Position numbers and translations under genes: made by a program. Shown here piece after piece: positions 9,828-15,644 of a DNA stretch of 61,188 bases. Source of the DNA: Candidatus Nealsonbacteria bacterium (GTDB taxonomy: Bacteria > Patescibacteriota > Minisyncoccia > Minisyncoccales > GWA2-46-15). The notes beneath the pieces were generated by a model. It worked only from the letters and a program-made list of their open reading frames with translations. It made no database searches and was not told the origin of the DNA. How positions within the stretch are numbered: position 1 is the first letter of the stretch; every line of letters begins with the position of its first letter. The DNA lies in assembly GCA_016207115.1 (NCBI GenBank), contig JACQQI010000026.1, positions 1-61,188 of the forward strand. The letters run 5' to 3'.

Positions 9828-9863
9828 AAGAAGGCGCCCCGGTAATTTCTCGAGACGCCTTCT
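9828..9863 (-). terminator. Hairpin terminator after micro-ORF 1
   Basis: Minus strand reads AGAAGGCG-19 nt-CGCCTTCT followed by TCTCTTTATTAATTT. Confidence 0.5.
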
Positions 9864-9868
9864 GACCG

Positions 9869-9913
9869 CTAGTACCAAAAAGTACAGCGGCCACGGAAGG
9901 ACCAACGGATCAT
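9869..9913 (-). CDS. Micro-ORF 1, 14 aa: MIRWSFRGRCTFWY
   Basis: Hand translation; too short for the ORF track. AGAAAGGAGG lies 8 nt upstream of the ATG. It is paralogous to micro-ORFs 2 and 3, with only synonymous changes in the 7 core codons. Confidence 0.55.
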   Translation of the reverse strand: MIRWSFRGRCTFWY

Positions 9914-10080
9914 CAGCCACTCCTCCTTTCTAAAGAACTAAACTGGCCTTTTGAAAGACCAGTTTGAGAAAGTCGAAGTGATTCTAAGCAACCATTACCT
10001 CAACGCGCCAAAACTGGCCCCTAGAGTCCAGAGGTAATAGTAGTAATATCTAATTTTAATCATCTTGACCCTCATGAAAA
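9914..10080 (-). promoter_or_regulatory. Promoter plus structured leader of micro-ORF 1 (candidate riboswitch/attenuator)
   Basis: -35 TTTTCA (10080..10075), 16-nt spacer, -10 TAAAAT (10058..10053). P1 stem ATTACCTC/GAGGTAAT (10038..10031 with 10001..9994). CTTCGACTTTCT anti-SD. Hairpin AAACTGGTC/GGCCAGTTT (9965..9940). SD at 9930..9921. Confidence 0.5.
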
Positions 10081-10085
10081 TGGGT

Positions 10086-10121
10086 GGAGAGAGCGCCGAC
10101 GATCGACGCAACGCTCTCTCC
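10086..10121 (-). terminator. Hairpin terminator after micro-ORF 2
   Basis: 10-bp stem GGAGAGAGCG/CGCTCTCTCC with a 16-nt loop, followed by ACCCATTTTCA. Confidence 0.5.
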
Positions 10122-10130
10122 GTTTCGCCG

Positions 10131-10175
10131 CTACCCGAAGATATAGGTGCAGCGGCCCTTGTTGGACCAACGCAT
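10131..10175 (-). CDS. Micro-ORF 2, 14 aa: MRWSNKGRCTYIFG
   Basis: Hand translation. AGAAAGGAGG lies upstream with an 8-nt spacer. Paralog of micro-ORFs 1 and 3. Confidence 0.55.
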   Translation of the reverse strand: MRWSNKGRCTYIFG

Positions 10176-10376
10176 TGTTGGATCCTCCTTTCTTCTAACC
10201 CCAGAACGAAAAAACCGGCTTCAGGGGCCAGTTTCAGGAAGTCGAAGTTAAGAAATTCTCTCGCTTTAACTACCTAAAACTAGTCCCGGCCGATGAGCCT
10301 GGTAGCTAAAGTAAAAGAATTTCCTGGTCGACTGATTCATATACAGACATCATAACGCTATTTTTCCTAGTGTCAA
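10176..10376 (-). promoter_or_regulatory. Promoter plus structured leader of micro-ORF 2
   Basis: -35 TTGACA (10376..10371), 16-nt spacer, -10 TATGAT (10354..10349). P1 stem TTAGCTACC/GGTAGTTAA (10309..10266). Intrinsic terminator AAACTGGC-7 nt-GCCGGTTT plus TTTTTT (10234..10209) sits just before the SD. Confidence 0.55.
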
Positions 10377-10389
10377 GGAGGCTGAAGGA

Positions 10390-10419
10390 AAGGGGGCTCG
10401 GCATCTGCCAAGTCCCCTT
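10390..10419 (-). terminator. Hairpin after micro-ORF 3
   Basis: AAGGGGaCTTGGC-aga-GCCGAGcCCCCTT stem. The U-tract is weak (TTTCCTTC). The -35 of unit 2 follows immediately. Confidence 0.4.
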
Positions 10420-10425
10420 CTGGCG

Positions 10426-10473
10426 TCATAGCCATCGCCAGGTGCAACGGCCCCGGTATGACCAACGAACCAT
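10426..10473 (-). CDS. Micro-ORF 3, 15 aa: MVRWSYRGRCTWRWL
   Basis: Hand translation. AGAAAGGAGG lies 6 nt upstream of the ATG. Paralog of micro-ORFs 1 and 2. Confidence 0.55.
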   Translation of the reverse strand: MVRWSYRGRCTWRWL

Positions 10474-10708
10474 TGGCCTCCTCCTTTCTACTCCCAAATG
10501 AGGAGCAGGGAACTAAAAAACTGGCCCTCAAAAGGCCAGTTCTAGAAAGTTGAAGGAAGTAAGTTATTATCTCAACGCGCCAAAACTAGTCTCTGAAGAG
10601 TAAAGAGATAATAGTTGCCACCAGGCTGACATCGGTTTTGACAATTCTTGATTCATGGTTGACGAGGAGACTCTGTATTCATCATAAGCGCGAGCCGGCT
10701 TTTGTCAA
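10474..10708 (-). promoter_or_regulatory. Promoter plus structured leader of micro-ORF 3
   Basis: -35 TTGACA (10708..10703, 2 nt after the ROK stop), 16-nt spacer, -10 TATGAT (10686..10681). P1 stem TATTATCTC/GAGATAATA (10613..10565). Terminator AACTGGCC-7 nt-GGCCAGTT plus TTTT (10541..10515). Confidence 0.55.
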
Positions 10709-10709
10709 A

Positions 10710-11582
10710 TCAGGACAGAAGCGCGCCCAAACAGGCGGCGTGATCGATCGAAGAAGTAACGGCGTCTTGGAACTGGAAAAAACCAATGGTCTCTCTCCGA
10801 TAAATTTCCAGGGCTTGAGGTAAAAACAGGTCGGCGGATTCCTTCAAAGAACCGTTGAGAATAATCCTCTGGGGGTTGTAAAAATAGCTGACTTCGGCCA
10901 AAAACCGGGCTAAGTGACTGATAAAAATATCGATCGTCTTCCGGGCGATTGGATCTTCCTTTGAAACTGAAAAAATCTGTTGGGCCGTCAATTCCTTCTG
11001 GGCCAGCTCCCGATAAATATTGCTGACGCCCTTGCCGGAAAGGAAATCGTCGATCTTGAAAGATTTATAATTAAGCTCTGGAACAATCTCCTCTTTCTGT
11101 GAAATCTCGCCGGCGTTGTTGGTGAAGCCCGGAATCAGCTTCCCCCCAACCACGTAGCTGAGGCGCAGACCCGTGCCCAAATTAATTAGAAGAAAGCTCT
11201 GGCAATCCCGGCCCTGTCCGAATCGACTTTCCGCCAGAGCCATGGCGTTGACGTCGTTTTCGAGAGAAACGCCCAGGCCAAACTCTTTTGAGAATTCTTG
11301 GACCAGCGGGTATTCTGTCGGGCCACCCAAAAGAGAGCTGTGAGTGATGACTCCGTCTTTGACGATACAGTTGAAACTTACCCCCAGCCGGTCGATGCCC
11401 GGCGTTAGGTTGTCGGCGATCATCTTCTTGATCGACCGGAGGAACTCCGGGCTGCCCGCAGGAAAGTCCGAAGTGGCTATCTTATTGCTGGAAAGAAGGC
11501 GATAGTTTCCGTCGAATTTGCAAACTTCAATTTTGGTTCCGCCGACATCCAGAGACAAAAACTTGGCCGGAGGACTAGTCAT
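10710..11582 (-). CDS. ROK-family sugar kinase/regulator-like protein
   Basis: FLSLDVGGTKIEV ATP-binding motif, NDVNAMALAE and LINLGTGL. Start set at ATG 11582 (MTSPPAKF). That ATG overlaps the upstream stop in ATGACTAG, implying translational coupling. Confidence 0.7.
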   Translation of the reverse strand: MTSPPAKFLSLDVGGTKIEVCKFDGNYRLLSSNKIATSDFPAGSPEFLRSIKKMIADNLTPGIDRLGVSFNCIVKDGVITHSSLLGGPTEYPLVQEFSKEFGLGVSLENDVNAMALAESRFGQGRDCQSFLLINLGTGLRLSYVVGGKLIPGFTNNAGEISQKEEIVPELNYKSFKIDDFLSGKGVSNIYRELAQKELTAQQIFSVSKEDPIARKTIDIFISHLARFLAEVSYFYNPQRIILNGSLKESADLFLPQALEIYRRETIGFFQFQDAVTSSIDHAACLGALLS

Positions 11583-12708
11583 GGGCGATGTAATAGAATG
11601 GCTTATTCTCTCGATCTTGATCGAAGTAGACCAAGGTATAGTCGAGAGGACGACGCTTGATATCAATCAGATATTCGATCAGAAAAAGGTTCTTTTTCGG
11701 GTAACAGACGGGAACGCCATGATAGGGTAAGCGGATACATTCTTTATTGACCGGGATAATGCCCAAGCGGTTGGGCTTGGGTGAGACGGTCAAGGGTAAG
11801 GCGTGGGGCACGGCTCTGGCTAAATAATCAATGTCATCGCGCACTTTGAGGTAGGCGTGGTATTGGAAGATCGATTCGTGAGCCCGACTTTTGATGTCGC
11901 GGCGAATCTCTCTGGCTTCGGCCGATATTTCTTCGTCTTTGAGGCCTTCGTTGTAGACGTCTAAAAGCAGGCTTTCATCGTAACCCTTGGTCGAAACGAT
12001 GCGCAGCACCGATTCAAAAGTGCCCTGGTATTTTTTCAAAAACTCCGGATCTTGTTGTCGGTAAAGTTTTTTGAACTCTAAGGTCCTTTGTCGGTGGCGC
12101 TCGATAAAATCAGGCACGGTCTTTTCCATTTCGGACAGATCAACAATCTTTAAGGCGGGAGAGAAGGCTAGCCATTTGTTCAGAGCCTCCAAAAACTCGC
12201 GGTAGGCAATCCAGTCTGGTCGCGGCACGCCGGTAAACTGACCAAAAGCGCCCTCCGTGAAAATTGTCACCGTGGCTCCCGGCGGATAAATGTCTTTGAT
12301 GATATCGATGACGGTTTTCAATCTCGCCAGAGACAAAACTTCGCCTAGATCGGGTAAAACACGGTTGGTTTTTAAGGGTACGGGGATCTTGAAGGGAAAC
12401 CCCAGGATCGTCAGCTGGATCGGTTGGCTTTGATTGATGAAATAATTGAGTTTTTCGATCCAGAGGTTTTGATTCTCTTCGATGTATTCGGCGGGGCCGA
12501 AGCGGTAATTTTCGTCTTGGAAGATTGAAAGGATTTTTTCTGCCGTCGTCCCTCCTTCGATCCGGGGCCGGGAAACCGGAATTCGGTCGATGATCTCCTT
12601 TAGCTCTGCGATGGTGATGTTTTTCTGGTCGACAAAATTCTGACGGATGTTTTTATTCGCCAAGTTCTCAAAAGGGGTGTAGGGATAAACGTAAGGATTG
12701 GGCTTCAT
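11575..12708 (-). CDS. DIT1/PvcA (isocyanide synthase / pyoverdine-dityrosine biosynthesis) family-like protein
   Basis: 377 aa. From memory of PvcA: ILGFPFKIPVPLKTNRVLPDLGEVLSL..IYPPGATVTIFTEGAFG parallels LPAFPGKSPNP.KVLG..PD.AE...YPPGA.I...SDG.VF. C-terminal LTVSPKPNRLGI...LPYHGVPV parallels RLSIHPQ..KFGI..TPWHGVAV. The start overlaps the HAD stop (ATGA). Confidence 0.55.
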   Translation of the reverse strand: MKPNPYVYPYTPFENLANKNIRQNFVDQKNITIAELKEIIDRIPVSRPRIEGGTTAEKILSIFQDENYRFGPAEYIEENQNLWIEKLNYFINQSQPIQLTILGFPFKIPVPLKTNRVLPDLGEVLSLARLKTVIDIIKDIYPPGATVTIFTEGAFGQFTGVPRPDWIAYREFLEALNKWLAFSPALKIVDLSEMEKTVPDFIERHRQRTLEFKKLYRQQDPEFLKKYQGTFESVLRIVSTKGYDESLLLDVYNEGLKDEEISAEAREIRRDIKSRAHESIFQYHAYLKVRDDIDYLARAVPHALPLTVSPKPNRLGIIPVNKECIRLPYHGVPVCYPKKNLFLIEYLIDIKRRPLDYTLVYFDQDRENKPFYYIAHD

Positions 12709-13487
12709 ACTCTAAAAAATTGCTCTAAATTATCGACTATCATGTTAGCACGTTTTTTGAGCTCGTGAGAACGGTGACCGACTAAAACTTTCAGGCCAAA
12801 GCCTTTTTCAAAGAGGCTCTGGTCATTGTCGTCGTTACCGAAAATAGCCACCTGGCTGGCTTTTATCTTCAGCCTACGGCAGACAAAGTTGACGGCTTTT
12901 GCCTTGCTCACTCCCCGGCCGACGAAATTCAGAGTATCGTCGTTGTAAAGAGCGTTGGCGGCTCGGGGCGGAATCAATCTCGCTTTTGTTTTTATAAAGA
13001 TCAGTGACGGCTTCTCCAATTCGGCTCTGAGAAAGAATTCTTCTCTTGAAGAGATGAAGTTTTTGTGGATATTCGGATAACTCTTCTTTAGTTCTTTTTC
13101 AAAACGTTCATTGGCGGCGATAAAAACTCCTTTATTATCCGTCTGCCAGAAGCCGATGAACCCGACTTGTCTGCTCTTTTGCTCAACAAAATTTCTGGTC
13201 AGAACGATTTCTTCCCCTTTTAACCTCCGCAGAAAAATATTGTTCTTTTGGTAGGTGACAATAGCGCTCCCGTCGAGAATGATTAAAGGCGCATTAAATC
13301 GAATGGGCCTCGTGCCTTCGATCATCGTTTCGAAGCCGCGCCCCGTGGCCACGGTGCAAAAAACTCCCCTTTTTTGAAGGTTAATGATCGCCCGGCTCAC
13401 CCCGGCAGAAATGGGTTTACCCTTTTCTTTCAGGGTACCGTCGATATCAAAAACGCAAAGACGGATGTTTTTAAAATTATCGGTCAT
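12705..13487 (-). CDS. HAD-superfamily hydrolase, Cof-type (IIB) phosphatase
   Basis: 260 aa. CVFDIDGTL (motif I DxDGT), TGR (motif II) and GNDDND (motif IV). Confidence 0.75.
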   Translation of the reverse strand: MTDNFKNIRLCVFDIDGTLKEKGKPISAGVSRAIINLQKRGVFCTVATGRGFETMIEGTRPIRFNAPLIILDGSAIVTYQKNNIFLRRLKGEEIVLTRNFVEQKSRQVGFIGFWQTDNKGVFIAANERFEKELKKSYPNIHKNFISSREEFFLRAELEKPSLIFIKTKARLIPPRAANALYNDDTLNFVGRGVSKAKAVNFVCRRLKIKASQVAIFGNDDNDQSLFEKGFGLKVLVGHRSHELKKRANMIVDNLEQFFRV

Positions 13488-13512
13488 GATTTAACATAAC
13501 TGTCTGAAATTC

Positions 13513-13542
13513 AAAAGGCTGCCGCGCGCGGCGACAGCCTTT
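13513..13542 (-). terminator. Intrinsic terminator after the 533-aa gene
   Basis: Minus strand reads AAAGGCTGtcGCCGCG-cg-CGGCAGCCTTTTGAATTT. Confidence 0.65.
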
Positions 13543-13569
13543 CTACTAGCAGTGGCTTCCTCCTAGCCG

Positions 13570-15171
13570 CTACTTTGTGTAGTAAAAAACGTAATCGGGT
13601 CCGGCGAACCCGAAGTCTCGCGGTGAAACACGAACTGGTATGACGCCCGGGTGCTCGTTCGCCACACGACACTCGGGTACGATGTGCATCTTATGCCCGC
13701 CGTCCTGACTCCGGTAGACGACCGGCATCCCGTGGTTCAGGAGCGCGTTGGCCGTGACGTCGAAGACGATCCTGGCAACTTTATCGGTGATGCACGCATC
13801 GATAAAATTCTGTAGACCGGTCAGCTTGACGAACATACCCGCCTTTTTACGGTAGGCGAGATGTTGCGCGATGACCAGAGCCTTGGTCTCGGCCTCCCGC
13901 CACAACTCTTCTCCGATCAACCGACGGAGCGCGGCGTAGTCGCGATCGCGGTTGACATAGAGGTCAGCCATGGCGTCCACGCTGACCATAGCCGGCAGGC
14001 TGCAGGCAATGGCGTAGGTCTGGTCAAAGTCCACCCTGACCGAGATGGCTTCGACTTCTTGCCATGGAAAGAGATCCGACTTCAACTCTTTCACCTCCAC
14101 TGGCGCCTCGAGTTCTTTGAAGAGCCGACGGGAGATGGTCAGCATCTGATTCACCCCCTGGGGATCGACTCCCATCAGCGAAGCGAAGAGCGTTGCCTCG
14201 TCAAAGATCACGATTCGGAGACCGGGCTTGTAGATCGTTCTGACCTTCTCCTGCAGCAAGCGGAAGAAGAAAGCCAGATAGACCCAGCCGAGCGTCGGCA
14301 AGGAAACGATCTCGCGGAACTTCAGCGGGTTCGGGATCCGTGTGCCCAGGGCGAAGGACAGGGTGATCGGCACGGGCTGGCCGCGGCGAACGTAATCACC
14401 GATGACGCCAGTCAAACGCGCCGCTTCTGCCTTGGGCATTTCCACTTCCTCGCTGTGAGTCAGGAGAATTTGGAGAATGCCGTCCGGTACACTACCCTTT
14501 GGTGACTTGTAGCCGCTCATTCTCGTGGCCAGCAATGAGTGATAGAAAGCCAGTTCTCTAGCGAGAGTCGTTTTGCCGTCCGCCATGTCGGGCAGGGTAA
14601 TTCCCGGGCCTTTCGTGACCATAGTCACGCCCTTGGGTGCCTTGGCGGCTTTGTCGAGAATGCCGGTAAGGTCCGCGTGAAACCGTTGATTCGCACAGGG
14701 GACTCGCACTGGCAACTCTGTGCCGTCCACGGTGATCACCGCGGCTTCTTCCCTTATCCTTACCTCGATCAGGTGTCGGAAAAGATGAGGGCGCCGTGGC
14801 AACTTGTCCGAGACGAACACCTTTGCCCTTTCGATGCCCGGCGTCAGACTGACACAGCCATCCGGGTCGTAGACCCAACTGCTCTGGCTGAATAGTCCGA
14901 CCACCGCCTCTGGCTTCAAGCCCGATCCGTTCTTTTCGTCACCCTTCGGTTCACGGCAATGCAGATCCAGCTGTTGCAAGACGTCTGAGGCGAACCCGGT
15001 CGGTAGCACAAAAACCGTCTCGGTAAGTCGGTGACCATCGAAGGCTTTTGCCGAACCAACGTCCACCAGCCCGATCCAGAAGTCGTCTGCTTCCAATAAC
15101 TCTAATGCCACCTCGGTAGCATCGCCGCTCTCTGGAAGCCGAGAAGCGGCTACGTCCAACAGGATGTCCAT
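13570..15171 (-). CDS. Hypothetical protein; unknown N-terminal ~250 aa plus C-terminal DIT1/PvcA-like domain
   Basis: 533 aa. PITLSFALGTRIPNPLKF..LPTLGW...IYKPGLRIVIFDEATLFA and LLNHGMPVV...YVFYYTK align by eye with the 377-aa paralog (ILGFPFKIPVPLK..LPDLGE..IYPPGATVTIFTEGAFG; LPYHGVPV...PFYYIAHD). The region is visibly more GC-rich than its flanks and carries long antisense ORFs. Confidence 0.5.
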   Translation of the reverse strand: MDILLDVAASRLPESGDATEVALELLEADDFWIGLVDVGSAKAFDGHRLTETVFVLPTGFASDVLQQLDLHCREPKGDEKNGSGLKPEAVVGLFSQSSWVYDPDGCVSLTPGIERAKVFVSDKLPRRPHLFRHLIEVRIREEAAVITVDGTELPVRVPCANQRFHADLTGILDKAAKAPKGVTMVTKGPGITLPDMADGKTTLARELAFYHSLLATRMSGYKSPKGSVPDGILQILLTHSEEVEMPKAEAARLTGVIGDYVRRGQPVPITLSFALGTRIPNPLKFREIVSLPTLGWVYLAFFFRLLQEKVRTIYKPGLRIVIFDEATLFASLMGVDPQGVNQMLTISRRLFKELEAPVEVKELKSDLFPWQEVEAISVRVDFDQTYAIACSLPAMVSVDAMADLYVNRDRDYAALRRLIGEELWREAETKALVIAQHLAYRKKAGMFVKLTGLQNFIDACITDKVARIVFDVTANALLNHGMPVVYRSQDGGHKMHIVPECRVANEHPGVIPVRVSPRDFGFAGPDYVFYYTK

Positions 15172-15374
15172 CGCTCAGTCCTTTCTTGAGACTAGTGTCT
15201 TTGCCTCCGAACCGGCAAAGTCAATCAATCATTCTCGGCGCCGGTTCGGCGGCGCCAGATTCGTGCATAGGCACACCTCCATATGTGCGTTTTTTGGATT
15301 TTCAACGAACTGACCCAGGCTTCTGACCTGGGGCTGGCCACCGATCTCGACGGCCAACGTCCAAGTCAGGAGAC

Positions 15375-15407
15375 GAAAAACCTCCTGGTTTTGGGCCAGG
15401 AGGTTTA
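15375..15407 (-). terminator. Intrinsic terminator downstream of metG and a small ORF
   Basis: Minus strand reads AAACCTCCTGG-cccaaa-CCAGGAGGTTT followed by a T-run (TTTCG). Confidence 0.7.
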
Positions 15408-15429
15408 GGTTCGAGAAGATTCCTTAAGG

Positions 15430-15567
15430 TTAATCTATTTTGCGATTCTCTAAACCGGCTGGCCCTAAGCTAAAGATAATGACAAAAAGGACGCTAATAA
15501 GCATCCAGCCGAGATAAAGGTTGTTGAGACTGAAAACGCTATTCAGTTGGGGCAAAGCCAGATTCAT
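15430..15567 (-). CDS. Possible 45-aa small membrane protein
   Basis: Hand translation: MNLALPQLNSVFSLNNLYLGWMLISVLFVIIFSLGPAGLENRKID, with one predicted TM segment. It lies between the metG stop and the first terminator. No clear SD. Confidence 0.3.
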   Translation of the reverse strand: MNLALPQLNSVFSLNNLYLGWMLISVLFVIIFSLGPAGLENRKID

Positions 15568-15644
15568 GATGGTATCTAACAATTAACCACGACCCAGAAC
15601 ATAAGTCAAGCTTTTTTCTCGCTTCGCTCGAAATTAGTCAAGGG

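Noticed and set aside
9800-10708. Repetitive intergenic block considered as a CRISPR array.
   Set aside because: The period is 230-330 bp and the units are diverged paralogs containing promoters, SD sites and ORFs. There are no short identical direct repeats separated by unique spacers, and no cas genes nearby.
13861-14895. Long plus-strand ORFs (214 aa, 118 aa) and an alternative minus-frame ORF (106 aa) inside the 533-aa gene.
   Set aside because: They are antisense or out-of-frame ORFs typical of GC-rich coding DNA. They have low-complexity Arg/Gly/Pro-rich translations and no motifs. The 533-aa frame has paralog support.
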